A DNA stretch of 64,000 bases from Eledone cirrhosa. Its lineage: Eukaryota. Positions 1-15,000 of the stretch are shown here, piece by piece. The DNA is taken from positions 78,802,001 to 78,866,000 of the forward strand of contig OZ024744.1 in the NCBI GenBank assembly GCA_964016885.1, in the 5' to 3' direction. The notes under the pieces are model-generated. The model saw only the letters and a list, made by a program, of their open reading frames with translations, did not search any database and was not told the DNA's origin. Positions within the stretch are counted from its first letter, which is position 1. Each line of letters starts with the position of its first letter. A program made the translations under genes and the position numbers.

Positions 1-3000
1 TGGTTGTTACTGCTGTTGTGGTTGTTACTGCTGTTGTGGTTGTTACTGCTGTCATGGTTGTTACTGCTGTTGTGGTTGTTACTACTGTTGTGGTTGTTAC
101 TACTGTTGTGGTTGTTACTACTGTTGTGGTTTTTACTGCTGTCATGGTTGTTACTGCTGTTGTGGTTGTTACTGCTGTTGTGGTTGTTACTACTGTTGTG
201 GTTGTTACTGCTGTCATGGTTGTTACTACTGTCATGGTTGTTACTGCTGTTGTGGTTGTTACTGCTGTTGTGGTTGTTACTGCTGTCATGGTTGTTACTG
301 CTGTTGTGGTTGTTACTACTGTTGTGGTTGTTACTACTGTTGTGGTTGTTACTACTGTTGTGGTTTTTACTGCTGTCATGGTTGTTACTGCTGTTGTGGT
401 TGTTACTACTGTTGTGGTTGTTACTACTGTCATGGTTGTTACTGCTGTTGTGGTTGTTACTACTGTCATGGTTGTTACTACTGTTGTGGTTGTTACTACT
501 GTCATGGTTGTTACTGCTGTTGTGGTTGTTACTACTGTTGTGGTTGTTACTGCTGTTGTGGTTGTTACTGCTGTCATGGTTATTACTGGTGTTGTGGTTG
601 TTACTGCTGTCATGGTTGTTACTGCTGTCATGGTTGTTACTGCTGTCATGGTTGTTACTACTGTTGTGGTTGTTACTGCTGTTGTGGTTGTTACTGCTGT
701 TGTGGTTGTTACTGCTGTTGTGGTTGTTACTGCTGTTGTGGTTGTTACTGCTGTTGTTGTTGTTACTGCTGTCATGGTTGTTGCTACTGTCATGGTTGTT
801 ACTGCTGTCATGGTTGTTACTGCTGTTGTGGTTGTTACTGCTGTTGTGGTTGTTACTGCTGTTGTGGTTGTTACTGCTGTTGTGGTTGTTACTGCTGTTG
901 TGGTTGTTACTGCTGTTGTGGTTGTTACTGCTGTTGTGGTTGTTACTGCTGTTGTGGTTGTTACTGCTGTCATGGTTGTTACTACTGTCATGGTTGTTAC
1001 TGCTGTCATGGTTGTTACTGCTGTTGTGGTTGTTACTGCTGTCATGGTTGTTACTACTGTTGTGGTTGTTACTGCTGTTGTGGTTGTTACTGCTGTTGTG
1101 GTTGTTACTACTGTCATGGTTGTTACTGCTGTCATGGTTGTTACTACTGTTGTGGTTGTTACTGCTGTCATGGTTGTTACTGCTGTTGTGGTTGTTACTG
1201 CTGTCATGGTTGTTACTGCTGTTGTGGTTGTTACTGCTGTCATGGTTGTTACTACTGTCATGGTTGTTACTACTGTCATGGTTGTTACTGCTGTCATGGT
1301 TGTTACTGCTGTTGTGGTTGTTACTGCTGTCATGGTTGTTACTACTGTCATGGTTGTTACTACTGTCATGGTTGTTACTGCTGTTGTGGTTGTTACTGCT
1401 GTTGTGGTTGTTACTACTGTTGTGGTTGTTACTACTGTCATGGTTGTTACTGCTGTTGTGGTTGTTACTACTGTCATGGTTGTTACTGCTGTCATGGTTT
1501 TTACTACTGTTGTGGTTGTTACTGCTGTCATGGTTGTTACTGCTGTCATGGTTGTAACTGCTGTCATGGTTGTTACTGCTGTTGTGGTTGTTACTGCTGT
1601 TGTGGTTGTTACTGCTGTTGTGGTTGTTACTGCTGTCATGGTTGTTACTGCTGTCATAGTTGTTACTACTGTTGTGGTTGTTACTGCTGTTGTGGTTGTT
1701 ACTGCTGTTGTGGATGTTACTGCTGTTGTGGTTGTTACTAATGTTGTGGTTCTTACTGCTGTCATGGTTGTTACTGCTGTTGTGGTTGTTACTACTGTTG
1801 TGGTTGTTACTGCTGTCATGATTGTTACTGCTGTTGTGGTTGTTACTACTGTTGTGGTTGTTACTACTGTCATGATTGTTACTGCTGTTGTGGTTGTTAC
1901 TGCTGTCATGGTTGTTACTGCTGTTGTGGTTGTTACTACTGTTGTGGTTTTTACTGCTGTCATGGTTGTTACTGCTGTTGTGGTTGTTACTACTGTTGTG
2001 GTTGTTACTACTGTCATGGTTGTTACTGCTGTTGTGGTTGTTACTACTGTTGTGGTTGTTACTACTGTCATGGTTGTTACTGCTGTTGTGGTTGTTACTA
2101 CTGTTGTGGTTGTTACTACTGTCATGGTTGTTACTGCTGTTGTGGTTGTTACTGCTGTTGTGGTTGTTACTGCTGTCATGGTTGTTACTGCTATTGTGGT
2201 TGTTACTGCTGTTGTGGTTGTTACTGCTGTCATGGTTGTTACTGCTGTCATGGTTGTTACTGCTGTCATGGTTGTTACTACTGTTGTGGTTGTTACTGCT
2301 GTCATGGTTGTTACTGCTGTTGTGGTTGTTACTGCTGTTGTGGTTGTTACTGCTGTCATGGTTGTTACTGCTATTGTGGTTGTTACTGCTGTTGTGGTTG
2401 TTACTGCTGTCATGGTTGTTACTGCTGTTGTGGTTGTTACTGCTGTTGTGGTTGTTACTGCTGTTGTGGTTGTTACTGCTGTCATAGTTGTTACTACTGT
2501 TGTGGTTGTTACTGCTGTCATAGTTGTTACTACTGTTGTGGTTGTTAATGCTGTTGTGGTTGTTACTGCTGTTGTGGTTGTTACTGCTGTTGTGGTTGTT
2601 ACTGCTGTTGTGGTTGTTACTGTTGTCATGGTTGTTACTGCTGTTGTGGTTGTTACTGCTGTCATAGTTATTACTGGTGTTGTGGTTGTTACTGCTGTCA
2701 TGGTTGTTACTACTGTCATGGTTGTTACTACTGTTGTGGTTGTTACTGCTGTTGTGGTTGTTACTGCTGTTGTGGTTGTTACTGCTGTTGTGGTTGTTAC
2801 TGCTGTCATGGTTGTTACTGCTGTTGTGGTTGTTACTGCTGTTGTGGTTGTTACTGCTGTTGTGGTTGTTACTGCTGTTGTGGTTGTTACTGTTGTTGTG
2901 GTTGTTACTACTGTCATGGTTGTTACTGCTGTCATGGTTGTTACTGCTGTTGTGGTTGTTACTGCTGTTGTGGTTGTTACTGCTGTTGTCGTTGTTACTA

Positions 3001-6000
3001 CTGTCATGGTTGTTACTGCTGTTGTGGTTGTTACTGCTGTCATGGTTGTTACTGCTGTCATGGTTGTTACTGCTGTCATGGTTGTTACTGCTGTCATGGT
3101 TGTTACTGCTGTTGTGGTTGTTACTGCTGTTGTGGTTGTTATTGCTGTTGTGGTTGTTACTGCTGTCATCGTTGTTACTGCTGTCATGGTTGTTACTGCT
3201 GTTGTGGTTGTTACTGCTGTCATGGTTGTTACTACTGTTGTGGTTGTTACTACTGTTGTGGTTGTTACTGCTGTCATGGTTGTTACTGCTGTCATGGTTG
3301 TTACTGCTGTTGTGGTTGTTACTGCTGTCATGGTTGTTACTACTGTTGTGGTTGTTACTGCTGTTGTGGTTGTTACTGCTGTCATGGTTGTTACTGCTGT
3401 CATGGTTGTTACTGCTGTTGTGGTTGTTACTGCTGTTATGGTTGTTACTACTGTTGTGGTTGTTACTGCTGTTGTGGTTGTTACTACTGTCATGGATGTT
3501 ACTGGTGTCATGGTTATTACTGCTGTTGTGGTTGTAACTGCTGTCATGGTTGTTACTACTGTTGTGGTTGTTACTGCTGTTGTGGTTGTTACTGCTGTCA
3601 TGGTTGTTACTGCTGTCATGGTTGTTACTGCTGTTGTGGTTGTTACTGCTGTTGTGGTTGTTACTGCTGTTGTGGTTGTTACTGCTGTTGTGGTTGTTAC
3701 TGCTGTTGTGGTTGTTACTGCTGTCATGGTTGTTACTACTGTCATGGTTGTTACTGCTGTCATGGTTGTTACTGCTGTTGTGGTTGTTACTGCTGTCATG
3801 GTTGTTACTACTGTTGTGGTTGTTACTGCTGTTGTGGTTGTTACTGCTGTTGTGGTTGTTACTACTGTCATGGTTGTTACTGCTGTCATGGTTGTTACTA
3901 CTGTTGTGGTTGTTACTGCTGTCATGGTTGTTACTGCTGTTGTGGTTGTTACTGCTGTCATGGTTGTTACTGCTGTTGTGGTTGTTACTGCTCTCATGGT
4001 TGTTACTACTGTCATGGTTGTTACTACTGTCATGGTTGTTACTGCTGTCATGGTTGTTACTGCTGTTGTGGTTGTTACTGCTGTCATGGTTGTTACTACT
4101 GTCATGGTTGTTACTACTGTCATGGTTGTTACTGCTGTCATGGTTGTTACTGCTGTTGTGGTTGTTACTACTGTCATGGTTGTTACTGCTGTTGTGGTTG
4201 TTACTACTGTTGTGGTTGTTACTACTGTCATGGTTGTTACTGCTGTTGTGGTTGTTACTACTGTTGTGGTTGTTACTACTGTCATGGTTGTTACTGCTGT
4301 TGTGGTTGTTACTGCTGTTGTGGTTGTTACTGCTGTCATGGTTGTTACTGCTATTGTGGTTGTTACTGCTGTTGTGGTTGTTACTGCTGTCATGGTTGTT
4401 ACTGCTGTCATGGTTGTTACTGCTGTCATGGTTGTTACTACTGTTGTGGTTGTTACTGCTGTCATGGTTGTTACTGCTGTTGTGGTTGTTACTGCTGTTG
4501 TGGTTGTTACTGCTGTCATGGTTGTTACTGCTATTGTGGTTGTTACTGCTGTTGTGGTTGTTACTGCTGTCATGGTTGTTACTGCTGTTGTGGTTGTTAC
4601 TGCTGTTGTGGTTGTTACTGCTGTTGTGGTTGTTACTGCTGTCATAGTTGTTACTACTGTTGTGGTTGTTACTGCTGTCATAGTTGTTACTACTGTTGTG
4701 GTTGTTAATGCTGTTGTGGTTGTTACTGCTGTTGTGGTTGTTACTGCTGTTGTGGTTGTTACTGCTGTTGTGGTTGTTACTGTTGTCATGGTTGTTACTG
4801 CTGTTGTGGTTGTTACTGCTGTCATAGTTATTACTGGTGTTGTGGTTGTTACTGCTGTCATGGTTGTTACTACTGTCATGGTTGTTACTACTGTTGTGGT
4901 TGTTACTGCTGTTGTGGTTGTTACTGCTGTTGTGGTTGTTACTGCTGTTGTGGTTGTTACTGCTGTCATGGTTGTTACTGCTGTTGTGGTTGTTACTGCT
5001 GTTGTGGTTGTTACTGCTGTTGTGGTTGTTACTGCTGTTGTGGTTGTTACTGTTGTTGTGGTTGTTACTACTGTCATGGTTGTTACTGCTGTCATGGTTG
5101 TTACTGCTGTTGTGGTTGTTACTGCTGTTGTGGTTGTTACTGCTGTTATGGTTGTTACTACTGTTGTGGTTGTTACTGCTGTTGTGGTTGTTACTACTGT
5201 CATGGATGTTACTGCTGTCATGGTTATTACTGCTGTCATGGTTGTTACTGCTGTCATGGTTGTTACTGCTGTTGTGGTTGTTACTGCTGTCATGGTTGTT
5301 ACTACTGTTGTGGTTGTTACTGCTGTTGTGGTTGTTACTGCTGTCATGGTTGTTACTGCTGTCATGGTTGTTACTGCTGTTGTGGTTGTTACTGCTGTTA
5401 TGGTTGTTACTACTGTTGTGGTTGTTACTGCTGTTGTGGTTGTTACTACTGTCATGGATGTTACTGCTGTCATGGTTATTACTGCTGTTGTGGTTGTTAC
5501 TGCTGTCATGGTTGTTACTACTGTTGTGGTTGTTACTGCTGTTGTGGTTGTTACTGCTGTCATGGTTGTTACTGCTGTCATGGTTGTTACTGCTGTTGTG
5601 GTTGTTACTGCTGTTGTGGTTGTTACTGCTGTTGTGGTTGTTACTGCTGTTGTGGTTGTTACTGCTGTCATGGTTGTTACTGCTGTTGTGGTTGTTACTG
5701 GTGTTGTGGTTGTTACTGCTGTGTGGTTGTTACTGCTGTCATGGTTGTTACTGCTGTTGTGGTTGTTACTGCTGTCATGGTTGTTACTACTGTCATGGTT
5801 GTTACTGCTGTCATGGTTGTTACTGCTGTTGTGGTTGTTACTGCTGTTGTGGTTGTTACTGCTGTCATGGTTGTTACTGCTGTTGTGGTTGTTACTGCTG
5901 TTGTGGTTGTTACTGCTGTCATGGTCGTTACTGCTGTTGTGGTTGTTACTGCTGTTGTGGTTGTTACTACTGTTGTGGTTGTTACTGCTGTCATGGTTGT

Positions 6001-9000
6001 TACTACTGTCATGGTTGTTACTGCTGTTGTGGTTGTTACTGCTGTTGTGGTTGTTACTGCTGTCATGGTTGTTACTGCTGTTGTGGTTGTTACTACTGTT
6101 GTGGTTGTTACTACTGTTGTGGTTGTTACTACTGTTGTCGTTTTTACTGCTGTCATGGTTGTTACTGCTGTTGTGGTTGTTACTGCTGTTGTGGTTGTTA
6201 CTACTGTTGTGGTTGTTACTGCTGTCATGGTTGTTACTACTGTCATGGTTGTTACTGCTGTTGTGGTTGTTACTGCTGTTGTGGTTGTTACTGCTGTCAT
6301 GGTTGTTACTGCTGTTGTGGTTGTTACTACTGTTGTGGTTGTTACTACTGTTGTGGTTGTTACTACTGTTGTGGTTTTTACTGCTGTCATGGTTGTTACT
6401 GCTGTTGTGGTTGTTACTACTGTTGTGGTTGTTACTACTGTCATGGTTGTTACTGCTGTTGTGGTTGTTACTACTGTCATGGTTGTTACTACTGTTGTGG
6501 TTGTTACTACTGTCATGGTTGTTACTGCTGTTGTGGTTGTTACTACTGTTGTGGTTGTTACTGCTGTTGTGGTTGTTACTGCTGTCATGGTTATTACTGG
6601 TGTTGTGGTTGTTACTGCTGTCATGGTTGTTACTGCTGTCATGGTTGTTACTGCTGTCATGGTTGTTACTACTGTTGTGGTTGTTACTGCTGTTGTGGTT
6701 GTTACTGCTGTTGTGGTTGTTACTGCTGTTGTGGTTGTTACTGCTGTTGTGGTTGTTACTGCTGTTGTTGTTGTTACTGCTGTCATGGTTGTTACTACTG
6801 TCATGGTTGTTACTGCTGTCATGGTTGTTACTGCTGTTGTGGTTGTTACTGCTGTTGTGGTTGTTACTGCTGTTGTGGTTGTTACTGCTGTTGTGGTTGT
6901 TACTGCTGTTGTGGTTGTTACTGCTGTTGTGGTTGTTACTGCTGTTGTGGTTGTTACTGCTGTTGTGGTTGTTACTGCTGTCATGGTTGTTACTACTGTC
7001 ATGGTTGTTACTGCTGTCATGGTTGTTACTGCTGTTGTGGTTGTTACTGCTGTCATGGTTGTTACTACTGTTGTGGTTGTTACTGCTGTTGTGGTTGTTA
7101 CTGCTGTTGTGGTTGTTACTACTGTCATGGTTGTTACTGCTGTCATGGTTGTTACTACTGTTGTGGTTGTTACTGCTGTCATGGTTGTTACTGCTGTTGT
7201 GGTTGTTACTGCTGTCATGGTTGTTACTGCTGTTGTGGTTGTTACTGCTGTCATGGTTGTTACTACTGTCATGGTTGTTACTACTGTCATGGTTGTTACT
7301 GCTGTCATGGTTGTTACTGCTGTTGTGGTTGTTACTGCTGTCATGGTTGTTACTACTGTCATGGTTGTTACTACTGTCATGGTTGTTACTGCTGTTGTGG
7401 TTGTTACTGCTGTTGTGGTTGTTACTACTGTTGTGGTTGTTACTACTGTCATGGTTGTTACTGCTGTTGTGGTTGTTACTACTGTCATGGTTGTTACTGC
7501 TGTCATGGTTTTTACTACTGTTGTGGTTGTTACTGCTGTCATGGTTGTTACTGCTGTCATGGTTGTAACTGCTGTCATGGTTGTTACTGCTGTTGTGGTT
7601 GTTACTGCTGTTGTGGTTGTTACTGCTGTTGTGGTTGTTACTGCTGTCATGGTTGTTACTGCTGTCATAGTTGTTACTACTGTTGTGGTTGTTACTGCTG
7701 TTGTGGTTGTTACTGCTGTTGTGGATGTTACTGCTGTTGTGGTTGTTACTAATGTTGTGGTTCTTACTGCTGTCATGGTTGTTACTGCTGTTGTGGTTGT
7801 TACTACTGTTGTGGTTGTTACTGCTGTCATGATTGTTACTGCTGTTGTGGTTGTTACTACTGTTGTGGTTGTTACTACTGTCATGATTGTTACTGCTGTT
7901 GTGGTTGTTACTGCTGTCATGGTTGTTACTGCTGTTGTGGTTGTTACTACTGTTGTGGTTTTTACTGCTGTCATGGTTGTTACTGCTGTTGTGGTTGTTA
8001 CTACTGTTGTGGTTGTTACTACTGTCATGGTTGTTACTGCTGTTGTGGTTGTTACTACTGTTGTGGTTGTTACTACTGTCATGGTTGTTACTGCTGTTGT
8101 GGTTGTTACTACTGTTGTGGTTGTTACTACTGTCATGGTTGTTACTGCTGTTGTGGTTGTTACTGCTGTTGTGGTTGTTACTGCTGTCATGGTTGTTACT
8201 GCTATTGTGGTTGTTACTGCTGTTGTGGTTGTTACTGCTGTCATGGTTGTTACTGCTGTCATGGTTGTTACTGCTGTCATGGTTGTTACTACTGTTGTGG
8301 TTGTTACTGCTGTCATGGTTGTTACTGCTGTTGTGGTTGTTACTGCTGTTGTGGTTGTTACTGCTGTCATGGTTGTTACTGCTATTGTGGTTGTTACTGC
8401 TGTTGTGGTTGTTACTGCTGTCATGGTTGTTACTGCTGTTGTGGTTGTTACTGCTGTTGTGGTTGTTACTGCTGTTGTGGTTGTTACTGCTGTCATAGTT
8501 GTTACTACTGTTGTGGTTGTTACTGCTGTCATAGTTGTTACTACTGTTGTGGTTGTTAATGCTGTTGTGGTTGTTACTGCTGTTGTGGTTGTTACTGCTG
8601 TTGTGGTTGTTACTGCTGTTGTGGTTGTTACTGTTGTCATGGTTGTTACTGCTGTTGTGGTTGTTACTGCTGTCATAGTTATTACTGGTGTTGTGGTTGT
8701 TACTGCTGTCATGGTTGTTACTACTGTCATGGTTGTTACTACTGTTGTGGTTGTTACTGCTGTTGTGGTTGTTACTGCTGTTGTGGTTGTTACTGCTGTT
8801 GTGGTTGTTACTGCTGTCATGGTTGTTACTGCTGTTGTGGTTGTTACTGCTGTTGTGGTTGTTACTGCTGTTGTGGTTGTTACTGCTGTTGTGGTTGTTA
8901 CTGTTGTTGTGGTTGTTACTACTGTCATGGTTGTTACTGCTGTCATGGTTGTTACTGCTGTTGTGGTTGTTACTGCTGTTGTGGTTGTTACTGCTGTTGT

Positions 9001-12000
9001 CGTTGTTACTACTGTCATGGTTGTTACTGCTGTTGTGGTTGTTACTGCTGTCATGGTTGTTACTGCTGTCATGGTTGTTACTGCTGTCATGGTTGTTACT
9101 GCTGTCATGGTTGTTACTGCTGTTGTGGTTGTTACTGCTGTTGTGGTTGTTATTGCTGTTGTGGTTGTTACTGCTGTCATCGTTGTTACTGCTGTCATGG
9201 TTGTTACTGCTGTTGTGGTTGTTACTGCTGTCATGGTTGTTACTACTGTTGTGGTTGTTACTACTGTTGTGGTTGTTACTGCTGTCATGGTTGTTACTGC
9301 TGTCATGGTTGTTACTGCTGTTGTGGTTGTTACTGCTGTCATGGTTGTTACTACTGTTGTGGTTGTTACTGCTGTTGTGGTTGTTACTGCTGTCATGGTT
9401 GTTACTGCTGTCATGGTTGTTACTGCTGTTGTGGTTGTTACTGCTGTTATGGTTGTTACTACTGTTGTGGTTGTTACTGCTGTTGTGGTTGTTACTACTG
9501 TCATGGATGTTACTGGTGTCATGGTTATTACTGCTGTTGTGGTTGTTACTGCTGTCATGGTTGTTACTACTGTTGTGGTTGTTACTGCTGTTGTGGTTGT
9601 TACTGCTGTCATGGTTGTTACTGCTGTCATGGTTGTTACTGCTGTTGTGGTTGTTACTGCTGTTGTGGTTGTTACTGCTGTTGTGGTTGTTACTGCTGTT
9701 GTGGTTGTTACTGCTGTTGTGGTTGTTACTGCTGTCATGGTTGTTACTACTGTCATGGTTGTTACTGCTGTCATGGTTGTTACTGCTGTTGTGGTTGTTA
9801 CTGCTGTCATGGTTGTTACTACTGTTGTGGTTGTTACTGCTGTTGTGGTTGTTACTGCTGTTGTGGTTGTTACTACTGTCATGGTTGTTACTGCTGTCAT
9901 GGTTGTTACTACTGTTGTGGTTGTTACTGCTGTCATGGTTGTTACTGCTGTTGTGGTTGTTACTGCTGTCATGGTTGTTACTGCTGTTGTGGTTGTTACT
10001 GCTCTCATGGTTGTTACTACTGTCATGGTTGTTACTACTGTCATGGTTGTTACTGCTGTCATGGTTGTTACTGCTGTTGTGGTTGTTACTGCTGTCATGG
10101 TTGTTACTACTGTCATGGTTGTTACTACTGTCATGGTTGTTACTGCTGTCATGGTTGTTACTGCTGTTGTGGTTGTTACTACTGTCATGGTTGTTACTGC
10201 TGTTGTGGTTGTTACTACTGTTGTGGTTGTTACTACTGTCATGGTTGTTACTGCTGTTGTGGTTGTTACTACTGTTGTGGTTGTTACTACTGTCATGGTT
10301 GTTACTGCTGTTGTGGTTGTTACTGCTGTTGTGGTTGTTACTGCTGTCATGGTTGTTACTGCTATTGTGGTTGTTACTGCTGTTGTGGTTGTTACTGCTG
10401 TCATGGTTGTTACTGCTGTCATGGTTGTTACTGCTGTCATGGTTGTTACTACTGTTGTGGTTGTTACTGCTGTCATGGTTGTTACTGCTATTGTGGTTGT
10501 TACTGCTGTTGTGGTTGTTACTGCTGTCATGGTTGTTACTGCTGTTGTGGTTGTTACTGCTGTTGTGGTTGTTACTGCTGTTGTGGTTGTTACTGCTGTC
10601 ATAGTTGTTACTACTGTTGTGGTTGTTACTGCTGTCATAGTTGTTACTACTGTTGTGGTTGTTAATGCTGTTGTGGTTGTTACTGCTGTTGTGGTTGTTA
10701 CTGCTGTTGTGGTTGTTACTGCTGTTGTGGTTGTTACTGTTGTCATGGTTGTTACTGCTGTTGTGGTTGTTACTGCTGTCATAGTTATTACTGGTGTTGT
10801 GGTTGTTACTGCTGTCATGGTTGTTACTACTGTCATGGTTGTTACTACTGTTGTGGTTGTTACTGCTGTTGTGGTTGTTACTGCTGTTGTGGTTGTTACT
10901 GCTGTTGTGGTTGTTACTGCTGTCATGGTTGTTACTGCTGTTGTGGTTGTTACTGCTGTTGTGGTTGTTACTGCTGTTGTGGTTGTTACTGCTGTTGTGG
11001 TTGTTACTGTTGTTGTGGTTGTTACTACTGTCATGGTTGTTACTGCTGTCATGGTTGTTACTGCTGTTGTGGTTGTTACTGCTGTTGTGGTTGTTACTGC
11101 TGTTGTCGTTGTTACTACTGTCATGGTTGTTACTGCTGTTGTGGTTGTTACTGCTGTCATGGTTGTTACTGCTGTCATGGTTGTTACTGCTGTCATGGTT
11201 GTTACTGCTGTCATGGTTGTTACTGCTGTTGTGGTTGTTACTGCTGTTGTGGTTGTTATTGCTGTTGTGGTTGTTACTGCTGTCATCGTTGTTACTGCTG
11301 TCATGGTTGTTACTGCTGTTGTGGTTGTTACTGCTGTCATGGTTGTTACTACTGTTGTGGTTGTTACTACTGTTGTGGTTGTTACTGCTGTCATGGTTGT
11401 TACTGCTGTCATGGTTGTTACTGCTGTTGTGGTTGTTACTGCTGTCATGGTTGTTACTACTGTTGTGGTTGTTACTACTGTCATGGTTGTTACTACTGTC
11501 ATGGTTGTTACTGCTGTTGTGGTTGTTACTGCTGTTGTGGTTGTTACTACTGTTGTGGTTGTTACTACTGTCATGGTTGTTACTGCTGTTGTGGTTGTTA
11601 CTACTGTCATGGTTGTTACTGCTGTCATGGTTTTTACTACTGTTGTGGTTGTTACTGCTGTCATGGTTGTTACTGCTGTCATGGTTGTAACTGCTGTCAT
11701 GGTTGTTACTGCTGTTGTGGTTGTTACTGCTGTTGTGGTTGTTACTGCTGTTGTGGTTGTTACTGCTGTCATGGTTGTTACTGCTGTCATAGTTGTTACT
11801 ACTGTTGTGGTTGTTACTGCTGTTGTGGTTGTTACTGCTGTCATGGTTGTTACTACTGTCATGGTTGTTACTGCTGTTGTGGTTGTTACTGCTGTCATGG
11901 TTGTTACTGCTGTCATGGTTGTTACTACTGTTGTGGTTGTTACTGCTGTTGTGGTTGTTACTGCTGTCATGGTTGTTACTACTGTTGTGGTTGTTACTGC

Positions 12001-15000
12001 TGTTGTGGTTGTTACTGCTGTCATGGTTGTTACTGCTGTCATGGTTGTTACTGCTGTTGTGGTTGTTACTGCTGTCATGGTTGTTACTGCTGTTGTGGTT
12101 GTTACTGCTGTCATGGTTGTTACTACTGTCATGGTTGTTACTACTGTCATGGTTGTTACTGCTGTCATGGTTGTTACTGCTGTTGTGGTTGTTACTGCTG
12201 TCATGGTTGTTACTACTGTCATGGTTGTTACTACTGTCATGGTTGTTACTGCTGTTGTGGTTGTTACTGCTGTTGTGGTTGTTACTACTGTTGTGGTTGT
12301 TACTACTGTCATGGTTGTTACTGCTGTTGTGGTTGTTACTACTGTCATGGTTGTTACTGCTGTCATGGTTTTTACTACTGTTGTGGTTGTTACTGCTGTC
12401 ATGGTTGTTACTGCTGTCATGGTTGTAACTGCTGTCATGGTTGTTACTGCTGTTGTGGTTGTTACTGCTGTTGTGGTTGTTACTGCTGTTGTGGTTGTTA
12501 CTGCTGTCATGGTTGTTACTGCTGTCATAGTTGTTACTACTGTTGTGGTTGTTACTGCTGTTGTGGTTGTTACTGCTGTTGTGGTTGTTACTGCTGTCAT
12601 GGTTGTTACTGCTGTTGTGGTTGTTACTACTGTTGTGGTTTTTACTGCTGTCATGGTTGTTACTGCTGTTGTGGTTGTTACTACTGTTGTGGTTGTTACT
12701 ACTGTCATGGTTGTTACTGCTGTTGTGGTTGTTACTACTGTTGTGGTTGTTACTACTGTCATGGTTGTTACTGCTGTTGTGGTTGTTACTACTGTTGTGG
12801 TTGTTACTGCTGTTGTAGTTGTTACTGCTGTCATGGTTATTACTGGTGTTGTGGTTGTTACTGCTGTCATGGTTGTTACTGCTGTCATGGTTGTTACTGC
12901 TGTCATGGTTGTTACTACTGTTGTGGTTGTTACTGCTGTTGTGGTTGTTACTGCTGTCATGGTTGTTACTACTGTTGTGGTTGTTACTGCTGTTGTGGTT
13001 GTTACTGCTGTCATGGTTGTTACTGCTGTCATGGTTGTTACTGCTGTTGTGGTTGTTACTGCTGTCATGGTTGTTACTACTGTTGTGGTTGTTACTGCTG
13101 TTGTGGTTGTTACTACTGTCATGGATGTTACTGCTGTCATGGTTATTACTGCTGTTGTGGTTGTTACTGCTGTCATGGTTGTTACTACTGTTGTGGTTGT
13201 TACTGCTGTTGTGGTTGTTACTGCTGTCATGGTTGTTACTGCTATTGTGGTTGTTACTGCTGTTGTGGTTGTTACTGCTGTCATGGTTGTTACTGCTGTC
13301 ATGGTTGTTACTGCTGTCATGGTTGTTACTACTGTTGTGGTTGTTACTGCTGTCATGGTTGTTACTGCTGTTGTGGTTGTTACTGCTGTTGTGGTTGTTA
13401 CTGCTGTCATGGTTGTTACTGCTATTGTGGTTGTTACTGCTGTTGTGGTTGTTACTGCTGTCATGGTTGTTACTGCTGTTGTGGTTGTTACTGCTGTTGT
13501 GGTTGTTACTGCTGTTGTGGTTGTTACTGCTGTCATAGTTGTTACTACTGTTGTGGTTGTTCCTGCTGTCATAGTTGTTACTACTGTTGTGGTTGTTAAT
13601 GCTGTTGTGGTTGTTACTGCTGTTGTGGTTGTTACTGCTGTTGTGGTTGTTACTGCTGTTGTGGTTGTTACTGTTGTCATGGTTGTTACTGCTGTTGTGG
13701 TTGTTACTGCTGTCATAGTTATTACTGGTGTTGTGGTTGTTACTGCTGTCATGGTTGTTACTACTGTCATGGTTGTTACTACTGTTGTGGTTGTTACTGC
13801 TGTTGTGGTTGTTACTGCTGTTGTGGTTGTTACTGCTGTTGTGGTTGTTACTGCTGTCATGGTTGTTACTGCTGTTGTGGTTGTTACTGCTGTTGTGGTT
13901 GTTACTGCTGTTGTGGTTGTTACTGCTGTTGTGGTTGTTACTGTTGTTGTGGTTGTTACTACTGTCATGGTTGTTACTGCTGTCATGGTTGTTACTGCTA
14001 TTGTGGTTGTTACTGCTGTTGTGGTTGTTACTGCTGTTGTCGTTGTTACTACTGTCATGGTTGTTACTGCTGTTGTGGTTGTTACTGCTGTCATGGTTGT
14101 TACTGCTGTCATGGTTGTTACTGCTGTCATGGTTGTTACTGCTGTCATGGTTGTTACTGCTGTTGTGGTTGTTAATGCTGTTGTGGTTGTTATTGCTGTT
14201 GTGGTTGTTACTGCTGTCATCGTTGTTACTGCTGTCATGGTTGTTACTGCTGTTGTGGTTGTTACTGCTGTCATGGTTGTTACTACTGTTGTGGTTGTTA
14301 CTACTGTTGTGGTTGTTACTGCTGTCATGGTTGTTACTGCTGTCATGGTTGTTACTGCTGTTGTGGTTGTTACTGCTGTCATGGTTGTTACTACTGTTGT
14401 GGTTGTTACTGCTGTTGTGGTTGTTACTGCTGTCATGGTTGTTACTGCTGTCATGGTTGTTACTGCTGTTGTGGTTGTTACTGCTGTTATGGTTGTTACT
14501 ACTGTTGTGGTTGTTACTGCTGTTGTGGTTGTTACTACTGTCATGGATGTTACTGCTGTCATGGTTATTACTGCTGTTGTGGTTGTTACTGCTGTCATGG
14601 TTGTTACTACTGTTGTGGTTGTTACTGCTGTTGTGGTTGTTACTGCTGTCATGGTTGTTACTGCTGTCATGGTTGTTACTGCTGTTGTGGTTGTTACTGC
14701 TGTTGTGGTTGTTACTGCTGTTGTGGTTGTTACTGCTGTTGTGGTTGTTACTGCTGTTGTGGTTGTTACTGCTGTCATGGTTGTTACTACTGTCATGGTT
14801 GTTACTGCTGTCATGGTTGTTACTGCTGTTGTGGTTGTTACTGCTGTCATGGTTGTTACTACTGTTGTGGTTGTTACTGCTGTTGTGGTTGTTACTGCTG
14901 TTGTGGTTGTTACTACTGTCATGGTTGTTACTGCTGTCATGGTTGTTACTACTGTTGTGGTTGTTACTGCTGTCATGGTTGTTACTGCTGTTGTGGTTGT

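Noticed and set aside
5715-5730. Programmed frameshift in the array
   Set aside because: It is a 1-nt deletion absent from the paralogous segment at ~21020, so a mutation or sequencing error.
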